Positions 1 through 10,116 of a stretch of DNA of 64,000 nt are shown here, piece after piece. Every line of letters begins with the position of its first letter. The stretch's first letter is position 1. The translations under genes and the position numbers were made by a program. The stretch spans positions 4,805-68,804 of the forward strand of contig PTKZ01000006.1 of the NCBI GenBank assembly GCA_002938205.1. Direction: 5' to 3'. Source of the stretch: Alphaproteobacteria bacterium MarineAlpha5_Bin5. GTDB lineage: Bacteria; Pseudomonadota; Alphaproteobacteria; HIMB59; GCA-002718135. The notes under the pieces were generated by a model, which was not told where the DNA came from, did not search any database, and worked only from the letters and a program-made list of their open reading frames with translations.

Positions 1-862
1 TATCTTTAGCTTCAATTATAATTTCTTTATCATATTTTGCCCCTTCATCTGATGGAAGTGATTTCCAAAATTCTACTGCTTTATCCCAATTTTTCCCTGT
101 AGGGGCATAAGGTCTACCCTTGATATATTCAAAAGTAGTCTGATCTGGTGAAATTAATCCAGCTCTCGCTCCAGCTTCAATACTCATATTACAAATTGTC
201 ATTCTACCTTCCATCGAGAGATTAGAGATAGATTCACCAGCGTATTCAATTACATAACCTGTGGCACCTGCTGTTCCTATTTTCCCTATAATGTGTAGAA
301 TAATGTCTTTAGCTGTGACACCTGTTTTTAATAAACCATTTACAACTATACGCATATTTTTTGCAGGATTTTGAATTAATGTTTGTGTTGCAAGAACGTG
401 CTCTACTTCGCTAGTACCAATACCAAATGCTAATGCACCAAATGCACCATGAGTTGCAGTATGACTATCGCCACATACTATTGTCATTCCAGGCTGCGTT
501 ATACCCTGTTCAGGTCCTACTATGTGCACTATACCTTGCCTGCTATCTAAAAGAGGGAATAGGGTAACATCAAAATCTTTACAATTTTTTTCAAGTGTTT
601 CAACTTGTATTCTACTTTCTTGATTTTCAATTCCCTTAGTTCTGTCAGTAGTTGGAACGTTATGATCTGCAACAGCAAAAGTGCTTTCTGGTCTTCTAAC
701 TTTGCGATTAGAATTTCTTAAACCTTCAAATGCTTGTGGACTTGTAACTTCATGAACAAGATGACGATCAATGTACAAAAGACATGTTCCAACTTCTTGC
801 TGATCAACAAGGTGGTGTAACCAAATTTTATCAAATAATGTTTTTGGATTATTTTTTTTCAT
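1..862 (-). CDS. leuC: 3-isopropylmalate dehydratase large subunit, N-terminal ~287 aa (3' end runs off the window)
   Basis: My own minus-strand translation from the ATG at 862 gives [48 protein letters not shown]...[21 protein letters not shown], the aconitase-family LeuC pattern. It is absent from the ORF track because it has no stop in the window. Its start overlaps the rplS 3' end by 14 nt. Confidence 0.9.
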   Translation of the reverse strand, partial: MKKNNPKTLFDKIWLHHLVDQQEVGTCLLYIDRHLVHEVTSPQAFEGLRNSNRKVRRPESTFAVADHNVPTTDRTKGIENQESRIQVETLEKNCKDFDVTLFPLLDSRQGIVHIVGPEQGITQPGMTIVCGDSHTATHGAFGALAFGIGTSEVEHVLATQTLIQNPAKNMRIVVNGLLKTGVTAKDIILHIIGKIGTAGATGYVIEYAGESISNLSMEGRMTICNMSIEAGARAGLISPDQTTFEYIKGRPYAPTGKNWDKAVEFWKSLPSDEGAKYDKEIIIEAKD

Positions 863-1382
863 CCGAGTTGTTTTCGGCTTCTTGGTTTTTTTCTGCTTTT
901 GGTTTCTCTACAGGTTGTGGTTCGTCTCCTGGTTTAGATTCTGTTTCTTGAATATTTTCAGTTGGTTGAACTTCTTCTTGCAGTGTTTGTTCTACAAAGT
1001 CATATTGATCTACTTCGTCACCTCGATCTCGATCAGCAATTCGAGCTCTTTTCCCTGTTCTATCTCGCAAATAATATAATTTTGCACGTCTTACGTCACC
1101 TTTTCTAATAACTTCTATTTTTTCAATAATTGGACTAAATAAAGGAAATACTCTTTCAACACCCTCTCCGTGAGATATTTTTCGAACAGTAAATGTTGAA
1201 TTAACAGAATTATTTTTTCTTGCAATACACATTCCCTCAAAAGCTTGTAATCGTGATTTATCACCTTCAGTAATTTTAACTGTTACTTTTAAAGTATCTC
1301 CTGGACGAAAAGTTGGAATACGTTTTTTTAAAGTTAATCTTTCTATTTGATTTTTTTCAAAAGTTTCTAATAAATTAGTCAT
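849..1382 (-). CDS. rplS: 50S ribosomal protein L19 with a ~55-aa acidic/Pro-rich C-terminal tail
   Basis: The first ~120 aa carry the bL19 pattern ([49 protein letters not shown]). The gene sits after trmD in the canonical operon. Confidence 0.93.
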   Translation of the reverse strand: MTNLLETFEKNQIERLTLKKRIPTFRPGDTLKVTVKITEGDKSRLQAFEGMCIARKNNSVNSTFTVRKISHGEGVERVFPLFSPIIEKIEVIRKGDVRRAKLYYLRDRTGKRARIADRDRGDEVDQYDFVEQTLQEEVQPTENIQETESKPGDEPQPVEKPKAEKNQEAENNSDEKK

Positions 1383-2094
1383 CTTTTATTCCTGTTCCTT
1401 TGTAATACAAATCTGATCTATTAATTTTTGTTTTTTCAACAGATTTATCATATCTCCATTCTTTAATTTTTCTATGATTCCCAGAAGTTAGCACCTCTGG
1501 TACTTCATATAATCTATTATTAATATCCTTCCAAACCTTAGGCCTTGTATATTGAGGATACTCCAGAAGGTTATCAGAAAAACTCTCTTCTAATAAACTT
1601 TCCGATTGCCCTAATACTCCAGGAATGAGGCGAATACAACCTTCAAGTAATACTTGAGCTGCTATTTCACCACCTGCTAAGACATAATTACCTATGCTCA
1701 GTTCTTCAAAGTTAAAAACCTCAATTGCTCTTTGATCAACGCCTTCAAAACGACCACAAAGTATAACTAATTCATTAAATTTAGATAAAATGCCAAGTTT
1801 TTCTTGATTCAATAGCTCTCCTGAAGGAGTTAAATAAATACGTTTGCTGTTTTTTTTAGGATCAATATTAATTGATAAAAGAGCTTTTTCTACTACATCT
1901 GGTCTCAAAACCATACCAGGTCCACCACCAAAAGGCTCATCATCAATATTATTTCTGTGACCTATGCCAAATTTACGTAAATCAATAGTATCTATGCAAA
2001 ATTTTTTTTCCTCAAGTGCTTTACCAATTAATGAATAGCCTAGAGCACCAGGAAACATCTCTGGGTATGCTGTTAGTATTTTTATATTAAGCAT
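1375..2094 (-). CDS. trmD: tRNA (guanine37-N1)-methyltransferase
   Basis: [16 protein letters not shown] and [13 protein letters not shown] match TrmD, and the rimM-trmD-rplS order is canonical. Confidence 0.93.
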   Translation of the reverse strand: MLNIKILTAYPEMFPGALGYSLIGKALEEKKFCIDTIDLRKFGIGHRNNIDDEPFGGGPGMVLRPDVVEKALLSINIDPKKNSKRIYLTPSGELLNQEKLGILSKFNELVILCGRFEGVDQRAIEVFNFEELSIGNYVLAGGEIAAQVLLEGCIRLIPGVLGQSESLLEESFSDNLLEYPQYTRPKVWKDINNRLYEVPEVLTSGNHRKIKEWRYDKSVEKTKINRSDLYYKGTGIKDD

Positions 2095-2681
2095 TACGAA
2101 AGGATTCCTTTAATTGGATTAACAATAACAATTTTCTTATTTAAATTAACTGAAATTAGATTTTCTTCGTTCATTGGAATATAAATATTTTTATTTTTAT
2201 ATTTAGTTTCTAATAAATTTCCTGCTCCAAAATTCTCAACATTTAAAACATTACCAATAAATTGACCATCATTTAAAAATATTTTGCATATTAATAAATC
2301 ACTTACTAAATATTCTTTAAAGTGATCTTTGGATAATTTATTTTTATAACAATAAATTTTTTTATTTTTTAATAACTCTGCTTCATTACGTGAGTTACAA
2401 CCAAGAGGGTGAGCGACACATTTATTACTTCTAATCATAATTTTTTTAAACTTCCATTTAATTAATCGATCAAAACTTAAATATTCACCAATAGATTTAA
2501 ATATTTTAAAATTTGATGTTAGAACTTTAATCTTAATCTCACCCTTAAGACCCAAAGGTGCACCAAATGTTCCGATATGGATAATTTTTTGTTTATAAAT
2601 TTTACTCAGCTTTTTTACTATCTCCTTTAGTAGTATTTTTATTTTCTGGCTTTTTCTGAGTTGGTTTTTCTTCTGCAGCAT
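2094..2681 (-). CDS. rimM: 16S rRNA processing protein RimM
   Basis: [20 protein letters not shown] is the RimM N-terminal motif, and the gene lies between rpsP and trmD. The ATG at 2681 overlaps rpsP by 80 nt. The real start may be a non-ATG codon near 2600, so the 5' end is uncertain. Confidence 0.8.
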   Translation of the reverse strand: MLQKKNQLRKSQKIKILLKEIVKKLSKIYKQKIIHIGTFGAPLGLKGEIKIKVLTSNFKIFKSIGEYLSFDRLIKWKFKKIMIRSNKCVAHPLGCNSRNEAELLKNKKIYCYKNKLSKDHFKEYLVSDLLICKIFLNDGQFIGNVLNVENFGAGNLLETKYKNKNIYIPMNEENLISVNLNKKIVIVNPIKGILS

Positions 2682-3159
2682 CTTTTTTCTCAGCTGGTTT
2701 GTCTGCTACTACTTTTTCTTCTGCAGCATCTTTTTTCTCAGCTGGTTTGTCTGCTACTACTTTTTCTTCTGCAGCATCTTTTTTCTCAGCTGGTTTGTCT
2801 GCTACTACTTTTTCTTCTGCAGCATCTTGCTTTTTAGCTTCATCTAATTTTTCTTGGGTCTTTTTTCTAGGTAGATGTTTTTTTGTTTTTTCAGTTATTA
2901 CAGGTTTCTCTACAACTCCTAATTTACTAAGAAAAAGTATTACCCTATCTGAAGGTTTAGCGCCTTTAGCAATCCATTCTTTTGTTTTTTCTATATCGAT
3001 TTTAACTCTTTCTGGATTATTTTTTTCTAGCATTGGATTATAAGTTCCAACTTGATCAATAAATTTTCCATCTCTTGCACGTCTTGAATCGGCAACTATA
3101 ATGCGATAAAAAGGTCTCTTTTTAGCTCCTCCTCTAGATAATCTTATTCTTACAGGCAT
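2602..3159 (-). CDS. rpsP: 30S ribosomal protein S16 with a ~100-aa Lys/Glu/Ala repeat tail
   Basis: [42 protein letters not shown] is the bS16 domain. The tail contains ([16 protein letters not shown]) x3. Confidence 0.93.
   Translation of the reverse strand: MPVRIRLSRGGAKKRPFYRIIVADSRRARDGKFIDQVGTYNPMLEKNNPERVKIDIEKTKEWIAKGAKPSDRVILFLSKLGVVEKPVITEKTKKHLPRKKTQEKLDEAKKQDAAEEKVVADKPAEKKDAAEEKVVADKPAEKKDAAEEKVVADKPAEKKDAAEEKPTQKKPENKNTTKGDSKKAE
2671..2828. repeat. 48-bp perfect tandem repeat, 3 full copies plus a partial 4th, in frame inside rpsP
   Basis: The plus-strand unit ttctgcagcatcttttttctcagctggtttgtctgctactactttttc starts at 2671, 2719 and 2767, with a partial copy at 2815. A degenerate copy sits at about 2650-2670. 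Confidence 0.95.
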
Positions 3160-3170
3160 ATTTTTCCTTT

Positions 3171-4535
3171 CTAGTTAAATTTTTGAGGAAAGTTTCCTTG
3201 CATTTTTTGCAATAAATCATTGGGTAATCCTCCTTTACCCATTGACTTCATTCTTTTCATCATTTTTTGTGATTGAAGAAATTGTTTTAAAAGTTTGTTT
3301 ACATCTTGAACACGAGTACCTGAGCCTTTTGAGATACGTATTTTTCTTGATGCTTTAATTAAATTTGGATTTGATCTTTCTTTCTTTGTCATAGAATTTA
3401 TTATTGCAACTTGATGATTAATTAGAGAATCCGAGATTTTATTTTCGGCCATCATTTTTTGTGCTTTAGAAATACCTGGAAGCATTGACATAATTCCTGA
3501 AACTCCTCCCATTTTCCCCATCTGTTTTAACTGTTTTGCAAAATCATCTAGATCAAAATTACCTTTAGCTATTTTTTTTGCTAAAGATTCCATTTCTTCT
3601 TGATCTACATTTTCAGATGCCTTTTCAACTAAAGAAACTATATCACCCATCCCAAGTATCCTTTGTGCAATACGATCAGGATAAAATATTTCAAAGTTTT
3701 CTAATTTTTCTCCAAGGCCTATAAATTTTATTGGTGCTCCTGTAATTGTTTTTATAGATAAAGCGGCACCACCTCGACTATCACCATCTATACGTGTTAA
3801 GATTGAACCAGTTATTTTTACAGCTTCACTAAAACTTTTAGCCACATTAGCTGCATCTTGTCCTGTTAGTGCATCAGCAACAAGTAAGGTTTCATTTGGT
3901 TGAAAACTCTTTTCAATTTCAACTAGTTCAGCCATTAACTCTTTTTCAACAACTTGCCTTCCTGCTGTATCTAATAAAACAATGTCGTATAGATTTTGTG
4001 ATGAATATTGCAGTGATTCATTTACAATTTTAATTGGTGACTTTAAATCGTGTGTAAAAAAATCAACTTTAACTTGGTCAGCTAAAATTTTTAGCTGTTC
4101 TTGTGCTGCTGGTCGATAAATATCTGTAGAAACTAAAAGAATTTTTTTCTTTGAGTTATTTAAAAGGTGTTTTGCTAACTTTGCTATAGTAGTTGTTTTC
4201 CCGGAACCTTGAAGACCGCATAATAGAATTTTTGTTAAAACTGATGATTTAATATTTAACGGTTGGTTTTCAGAACCTAGAATTGTTATTAATTCATCTT
4301 GAACAAGTTTAATGATCATTTGATCTGCTTTAACTGATTTTAAAACCTCTTGTCCTAAAATTTTTTCTTTAACTTTATCAATAAATTCTTTAACAACAAT
4401 TAATGCAACGTCGGCTTCTAATAATGCAATACGAATTTCTCGCATTGTAGCATCTAGATCAGACTCTGAAATAACAGCTTTACCTCTTATACTTCTTACT
4501 ATTTTTTCAAATTTATCATTCAATGTATCAAACAT
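3171..4535 (-). CDS. ffh: signal recognition particle protein (SRP54 homologue)
   Basis: [10 protein letters not shown] and DTAGR mark the GTPase domain, and the C-terminal M domain is Met-rich ([16 protein letters not shown]). Confidence 0.95.
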   Translation of the reverse strand: MFDTLNDKFEKIVRSIRGKAVISESDLDATMREIRIALLEADVALIVVKEFIDKVKEKILGQEVLKSVKADQMIIKLVQDELITILGSENQPLNIKSSVLTKILLCGLQGSGKTTTIAKLAKHLLNNSKKKILLVSTDIYRPAAQEQLKILADQVKVDFFTHDLKSPIKIVNESLQYSSQNLYDIVLLDTAGRQVVEKELMAELVEIEKSFQPNETLLVADALTGQDAANVAKSFSEAVKITGSILTRIDGDSRGGAALSIKTITGAPIKFIGLGEKLENFEIFYPDRIAQRILGMGDIVSLVEKASENVDQEEMESLAKKIAKGNFDLDDFAKQLKQMGKMGGVSGIMSMLPGISKAQKMMAENKISDSLINHQVAIINSMTKKERSNPNLIKASRKIRISKGSGTRVQDVNKLLKQFLQSQKMMKRMKSMGKGGLPNDLLQKMQGNFPQKFN

Positions 4536-4731
4536 AGTTCTCCAATAGCAATTCTACACCAGGGCACGAAACTCGTGGGCTGATGAACCTATCACAATTG
4601 TAATAAGCTTTTTAACTTAACAATCTAGGATTTATAGAACACCCTCTATTTCTTGTATTCATTAAAGTCAAGATTTGATAAAAATATAATTTTTTCAAGA
4701 AAACTAAGTGAATCCAAGGTATAGAGCCGAT

Positions 4732-5547
4732 ATGCAAAAAATAGAATTTATAAAAATGCATGGTTTGGGGAATGACTTTGTAATTATTGATAGACGTAAA
4801 AATTCAATACCGATAACAGAAAGCTTAATCATTAAATTAAGTGATAGAAAAATTGGAGCTGGTTGTGATCAAGTAATCACTATCAATTCACCAAAGGGGA
4901 AAGAAGATTCTATTATCGAAATCTTTAATTCAAGTGGTGATAAAGCTGAAGCATGTGGAAATGGTACACGTTGTGTAGCAAAATTACTTTTTATGGAGAG
5001 TAATAAAATTTCACTTAATATTATGACAGATGCTGGTACTCTAAAGGCAACTCGCAAAGATGAAAAAAATATAAGTGTAAATATGGGCAAAATTTCAACT
5101 AAATGGAATAAAATTCCGCTTCAAAAAAAAATGGATACATTAAATATTCCAATTAATGTTGAAAATTTTAGTGCTGGTGTTGCTGTAAATATTGGTAATC
5201 CTCATATAGTTTTTTTTGGAGATAATGTTAATAATATAGATTTGAGTTCTTTAGGACCTAAAATAGAAAATCATAAATTTTTTCCAGAAAAAACAAATGT
5301 TGAATTTATAAAAGTAATTAATTCAAAAACTATTCAAATGAAAGTTTGGGAAAGAGGGGCTGGAGCTACCCTTGCTTGTGGAAGTGGTGCATGTGCAGCT
5401 GTTTTTGCTGGTATGAAAAAAGGTCTAGTTACTAATGAAGTAGAAGTAATTTTAGAAAGAGGATCTTTACATGTTTATATTAAAAATAATGAGGCAATAA
5501 TGACAGGTCCTGCTGAAATTAGCTATATCGGAAATATTGAATTATAA
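4732..5547 (+). CDS. dapF: diaminopimelate epimerase
   Basis: MHGLGNDFVIID is present, with both catalytic Cys contexts (ACGNGTRC, ACGSGACA). I trimmed the start from the GTG at 4708 to the ATG at 4732, which gives the family-typical N-terminus. Confidence 0.9.
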   Translation: MQKIEFIKMHGLGNDFVIIDRRKNSIPITESLIIKLSDRKIGAGCDQVITINSPKGKEDSIIEIFNSSGDKAEACGNGTRCVAKLLFMESNKISLNIMTDAGTLKATRKDEKNISVNMGKISTKWNKIPLQKKMDTLNIPINVENFSAGVAVNIGNPHIVFFGDNVNNIDLSSLGPKIENHKFFPEKTNVEFIKVINSKTIQMKVWERGAGATLACGSGACAAVFAGMKKGLVTNEVEVILERGSLHVYIKNNEAIMTGPAEISYIGNIEL

Positions 5548-5548
5548 T

Positions 5549-6808
5549 ATGTCAAAAAAAACAAACATAGTAAATTTGGGATGTCGATTAAATTTATATG
5601 AAGGTGAGATAATAAAAAATCATGCAATTAATCATCAACTAAAAAATGTTACAATTATAAATTCATGTGCTGTGACAGAAGAAGCTGAGAAAAAAGTAGC
5701 GTATGAAATTAGAAAAGCAAAAAAAAATAAACCAAAAAATAAAATAGTTCTTACAGGTTGTGCTGCACAAATAAATCCAAAAAAATATAAATTGTTTAAA
5801 GAGGTTGATCTAATTGTTGGTAATAAAGAAAAATTATTATCACAAACTTGGAAAGATATTGATTATTCAAAAACTTTGCAATTAAGTAATATTTTAGAAG
5901 AAACTTCTGTTGTGCCAGCAAGTGTAGACAAATTTGAAGGTAAGTCTAGAGCTTTTATTGAAATACAACAAGGATGTAATCATCGATGCACCTTTTGTAT
6001 TATTCCTTATGGGAGAGGAAACAATAGAAGTGTACCTGCTGGTGATATAGTAAATCGTATACAAAATATTGTAAATAATGGCTATAAAGAGGTTGTTTTA
6101 ACTGGTGTAGATATTACTGATTATGGGAAAAACTTACCTGGAAGACCAAGTTTTTCTAATTTAATAGAACGTATTTTAAAATTGGTACCAGGCTTAAAGC
6201 GATTACGTCTTTCATCAATTGACTGTGCTGAAATTACTGATGATTTTTGGCATTTGTTATCTGAAGAAAGACTGATGCCTCATTTTCATTTAAGTCTTCA
6301 AGCAGGAAACAATCTTATATTAAAACGTATGAAAAGAAGACATACACGTGAACAGGCTATAGAGTTTTGTAATAAAGTTTTATCTATGAAAAAAGATGCA
6401 ACATTTGGAGCTGATATAATTGCAGGATTCCCTACAGAAACTGATAAAATGTTTGATGATTCTATAAGATTAATTAAAGAATGCCATTTAACACACGTAC
6501 ATGTTTTTCCTTATTCTTCTAGAGAAAAAACTGCGGCTGCACATATGCCTCAAGTAGAAAAAAATATTATAAAAAAAAGAGCTAAAGAATTAAGAAAAAA
6601 AGGTGCTGAGCAGATGAATAAACATTTATTAAATATAATTGGAAATAAGGATGAAATATTAATTGAACAAACAAATGAAACTATTTCTAAAGGAAAAGGT
6701 CAAAATTTTATAAATGTTAAACTAAATGAAAAGATTGATGTAGGTAAGATTGTTCGCTGTATTTATACTGGTATAAAAGATGATATATTATTAGCAAAAA
6801 GAATATGA
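5549..6808 (+). CDS. mtaB: radical-SAM tRNA methylthiotransferase, MtaB-like
   Basis: The protein has CNHRCTFCIIPYGRG (radical SAM), an N-terminal MTTase domain (NLGCRLN) and is ~420 aa. The dapF-mtaB-ftsY order is typical of Alphaproteobacteria. The start was moved to the ATG at 5549, 2 nt after the dapF stop. Confidence 0.75.
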   Translation: MSKKTNIVNLGCRLNLYEGEIIKNHAINHQLKNVTIINSCAVTEEAEKKVAYEIRKAKKNKPKNKIVLTGCAAQINPKKYKLFKEVDLIVGNKEKLLSQTWKDIDYSKTLQLSNILEETSVVPASVDKFEGKSRAFIEIQQGCNHRCTFCIIPYGRGNNRSVPAGDIVNRIQNIVNNGYKEVVLTGVDITDYGKNLPGRPSFSNLIERILKLVPGLKRLRLSSIDCAEITDDFWHLLSEERLMPHFHLSLQAGNNLILKRMKRRHTREQAIEFCNKVLSMKKDATFGADIIAGFPTETDKMFDDSIRLIKECHLTHVHVFPYSSREKTAAAHMPQVEKNIIKKRAKELRKKGAEQMNKHLLNIIGNKDEILIEQTNETISKGKGQNFINVKLNEKIDVGKIVRCIYTGIKDDILLAKRI

Positions 6809-7719
6809 GTTTATTTTCATATTTTAAAAAAAATCTCAACAAAACTTCAAATTTTTTGTCATCAAGCATTTCAAGCACCTTTCAAAACAAAAAAGTTGAT
6901 GCTGAAACATTAGAAGAATTAGAATCAATTTTAATTTCAGCTGATATCAGCATTGAAGTAGTATCAAAACTCATTGATTCAATTAGAAAAGTAAATATGT
7001 CTGATAATAATATTTCTAAAATTGTTTTTGAAACATTGGCTGCTGAAATTGAAAAAATTTTAAAGCCTAAAGAGCAATTATTAATTAATAAAAATAATTC
7101 AATTCCTAATATTCTTTTGTTTGTTGGAGTAAATGGCAGTGGTAAAACAACTACAATAGGAAAAATTGCAAGCAAAATAGGGGGAGATAAAAAAATTCTT
7201 ATAGCTGCCTGTGATACATTTAGAGCAGCGGCAGTAGATCAATTAAAAACTTGGGCTGAAAAAAACAAGAATGAGTTTTTTAAAGGAAAATTAAATCAAG
7301 ATCCTGCTAGTGTTGCATACAAAGCAACTGAAAAATTTATTAATGAAAAATACGATTACTTAATAGTAGATACTGCGGGAAGATTATCAAATAATACTAA
7401 TCTTATAAATCAATTAGTTAAAATTAAAAATGTTATTGGAAAAATTATTGATGCAAATCAAATAAAAACTATTCTTGTGCTAGATGGAACCAATGGCTCA
7501 AACATGATTAAACAAGCGGAAATATTTAGTCAAACACTTGGTGTTTCTGGAATTATTATTACAAAATTAGATGGAACAGCTAAAGGTGGAGCCTTGATTT
7601 CAATTGCAAATAAATATGAAATACCTATAAACTATGTTGGTCTTGGAGAAAATGTTGAAGATCTTGCAGAATTTAGCTCAAAAACATATTCAAGATCAAT
7701 TTTGAATTTAGGAGAATAG
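6805..7719 (+). CDS. ftsY: signal recognition particle receptor FtsY
   Basis: [19 protein letters not shown] and TKLDGTAKGG are the SRP GTPase motifs. Confidence 0.93.
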   Translation: MSLFSYFKKNLNKTSNFLSSSISSTFQNKKVDAETLEELESILISADISIEVVSKLIDSIRKVNMSDNNISKIVFETLAAEIEKILKPKEQLLINKNNSIPNILLFVGVNGSGKTTTIGKIASKIGGDKKILIAACDTFRAAAVDQLKTWAEKNKNEFFKGKLNQDPASVAYKATEKFINEKYDYLIVDTAGRLSNNTNLINQLVKIKNVIGKIIDANQIKTILVLDGTNGSNMIKQAEIFSQTLGVSGIIITKLDGTAKGGALISIANKYEIPINYVGLGENVEDLAEFSSKTYSRSILNLGE

Positions 7720-7721
7720 TA

Positions 7722-8264
7722 ATGAAATCTATTTCTAAGCTTTTAATTGATATAGGGCCTTTGGCTGTTTTTTTTGTTTTTTACACACGTAGTGGATTAC
7801 AGGCCGCAATATTGCCTCTTATGATAGCAACTGTAATAGCTGTTATTTTTTCTTATATTTTAGAAAAAAAAATTCCTATTATGCCCACTCTTGGAGCAAC
7901 AATAGTTCTAATCTTTGGAGGGTTAACGATTTATTTTAACGATGAAACTTTTATAAAAATGAAGCCTACAATTATCAACATTGTGTTTGCTATAATTCTT
8001 TATGTTGGCACCAAAGTAAAAGGACCAATACTTAAATATCTTTTAGGTGCAGCAATAAAACTAGAAAATAAAGGCTGGCAAATATTAACGCAAAGATGGA
8101 TTGCTTTTTTTATAGCTCTTGCAGTTTTAAATGAAATTGTTTGGAGAACACAAACGACAGATATTTGGGTGAATTTTAAGGTTTTTGGTATTCTGCCTAT
8201 TACATTTATTTTTACAATGACACAATTTCCATTAATAAAAAAATATCAAATTGAAAAAAACTAA
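7722..8264 (+). CDS. yciB: intracellular septation protein A family membrane protein
   Basis: A 180-aa multi-TM protein with a family-typical N-terminus (LLIDIGPLAVFF). It follows ftsY, as in many proteobacteria. Confidence 0.7.
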   Translation: MKSISKLLIDIGPLAVFFVFYTRSGLQAAILPLMIATVIAVIFSYILEKKIPIMPTLGATIVLIFGGLTIYFNDETFIKMKPTIINIVFAIILYVGTKVKGPILKYLLGAAIKLENKGWQILTQRWIAFFIALAVLNEIVWRTQTTDIWVNFKVFGILPITFIFTMTQFPLIKKYQIEKN

Positions 8265-9457
8265 ATTTTTTTATCTTTAAGTGCTTTAATCCCAGGAGAT
8301 TCATTCCCCTCAAGCCATTCTAAAAAAGCACCACCTGCATTAGAAATATATTTAAAACCTTCTTCAGCATTAGCAGATGTAATTGCGGATACAGTATCGC
8401 CTCCACCAGCTAATGCATCAATATTTAAACTTTTTGAATATTTATTAATAGTATGAGCGATTTTCATAGTACTTATATCAAAAGGTTTGTGCTCAAATGC
8501 ACCTAAAGGACCATTCCAGAGTAACATTTTAGATTTTAATATTTCATTGCAAATAAAATTAGTTGTTTTTTCTCCTAGATCTAAAATCATATGATTCTTT
8601 AATACTTTATTAACATTACATGTTCTGATATTTATTTTATCACTAACATTATTGGAACACATAACATCAATAGGAAGAATTAATTTACAATTAAATTTAT
8701 TAGCTTTAGACTGAATATCTTTTGCAATATTAGTTAATTCTTTTTCGACTAATGAATTGCCCAATTGATAATTATTTGATAACAAAAAAGTATTTGCCAT
8801 AGCACCTCCAATTACAATGGTGCTAAAGAGCTCAATCAAATTATTTAATAATTTAATTTTTGTTGAAACTTTTGAGCCCCCAATAATTGCTATATTAGGT
8901 TTTTTTACATTCTTTAAAAATATATCAATATTATGAATTTCTTTTAAAAGATGATCTCCAGCTACTCCAGGTAGAAATTTTGTAATACCTGAAATTGATG
9001 TATGATTACGATGTGATGCAGAAAAAGCATCGTTTACAAAAACATCAAAATGATTTGAAATTTTTTTAGCAAAATTAAGATCTAATTTCTCTTCTTCAGG
9101 ATAAAAGCGTATATTTTCTACAAGACAAATATCTCCAAAATTTAGTTCATCCAATTTTTTAATAATAGATTTTGAATTTAAGTTTTCTAAAAAAAAAATT
9201 TTTTTAACTCTATAAATTTCCTCTAAAAAAGGAATTAGAAATTTAATTGAATACTTTTTGTTAACTTCTCCTTTTGGCCGTCCAAAATGAGTAATAATAA
9301 AAATTTTATTATTCTGATTTAAAAGTTTTTGTATAGATTGATTCACGGCTAATATTCTAGAAAAATCTGAAATTTTCCCATCTATTACTGGAACATTTAA
9401 ATCTGCTCGAAACAAAACTTTCTTGTAATTAATGCTAAAATTTTCTAAATTTTTCAT
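8261..9457 (-). CDS. pgk: phosphoglycerate kinase
   Basis: The 398-aa protein carries RADLNVPV, FGRPKG, GGGDT and GGAFLEWLEG. Confidence 0.93.
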   Translation of the reverse strand: MKNLENFSINYKKVLFRADLNVPVIDGKISDFSRILAVNQSIQKLLNQNNKIFIITHFGRPKGEVNKKYSIKFLIPFLEEIYRVKKIFFLENLNSKSIIKKLDELNFGDICLVENIRFYPEEEKLDLNFAKKISNHFDVFVNDAFSASHRNHTSISGITKFLPGVAGDHLLKEIHNIDIFLKNVKKPNIAIIGGSKVSTKIKLLNNLIELFSTIVIGGAMANTFLLSNNYQLGNSLVEKELTNIAKDIQSKANKFNCKLILPIDVMCSNNVSDKINIRTCNVNKVLKNHMILDLGEKTTNFICNEILKSKMLLWNGPLGAFEHKPFDISTMKIAHTINKYSKSLNIDALAGGGDTVSAITSANAEEGFKYISNAGGAFLEWLEGNESPGIKALKDKKI

Positions 9458-9602
9458 AAACTATTCACATTATTATCAAAAAAATGAAGTTTTCATTGAT
9501 TTTTTTGAAAAAATGGCAGTTTTGTATTTATTCACTTATATATTTAGTATATTATCTTTACTATAGACTACTATATATAGATTCTTAGAAAAAGGAAAAG
9601 CA

Positions 9603-10076
9603 ATGTCATGGAATGAAGAAAATGTTGAAAGATTAAGGGAGCTGTGGGATCAAGGTTTGCCAACAGCACAAATAGGTAAGTTACTTGGATTTACTAAAAA
9701 TGCAGTTGTAGGCAAAGCACATAGAATTGGTTTGGAGAGAAGGCCATCACCAATAAGACGAACAGCAGTCAAACCAGATAGAAAAAAAGCTCGTTCTCCA
9801 ACAATGCCCAAGCTTAATTTTGAAACCATTAAAGAGAATGTTGATGATACATCTAAATTAAATCATACTTTTCGGCCTATTGTAAAAAATATATTTGGCA
9901 ATGTTGCTAAAAGGGGATGCGAATGGCCTGAAGGACATCCTGATGAAGTTGATTTTCGTTTCTGTGGTAAAGATAGGTTTGAAGATAAACCTTATTGTTT
10001 AGATCACTGCGCAGTTGCTTATGTATTACCTGAAAAAGAAGAGGCTGAAAGACAACAAGCGAATACCAGAATTTAA
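9603..10076 (+). CDS. gcrA: GcrA cell-cycle regulator
   Basis: MSWNEENVERLRELWDQGLPTAQIGKLLGFTKNAVVGKAHRIGL is the GcrA N-terminal domain, and the conserved Cys/His-rich C-terminus (CEWPEG...FCG...YCLDHC) is present. Confidence 0.9.
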   Translation: MSWNEENVERLRELWDQGLPTAQIGKLLGFTKNAVVGKAHRIGLERRPSPIRRTAVKPDRKKARSPTMPKLNFETIKENVDDTSKLNHTFRPIVKNIFGNVAKRGCEWPEGHPDEVDFRFCGKDRFEDKPYCLDHCAVAYVLPEKEEAERQQANTRI

Positions 10077-10116
10077 TAGAATTAATTTTTTTTGCTGATA
10101 CTTATCTGATAAGTTT

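Noticed and set aside
2671-2828. The regular 48-bp repeats could be mistaken for a CRISPR-like array.
   Set aside because: The repeats are directly adjacent with no spacers. They lie in frame inside rpsP and encode a 16-aa peptide repeat. No cas genes are present.
4536-4731. Possible SRP (4.5S) RNA gene next to ffh.
   Set aside because: I could not find the conserved domain IV motifs (GGAA / AGCA-type symmetric loop) on either strand. Only a short hairpin is present, which I reported separately at low interest.
9590-9594. A GANTC (GATTC) site just upstream of gcrA as a possible CcrM/GcrA regulatory site, and a search for CtrA boxes (TTAA-N7-TTAA) in 9458-9602.
   Set aside because: A single pentamer is expected by chance, and no TTAA-N7-TTAA motif is present in the spacer.
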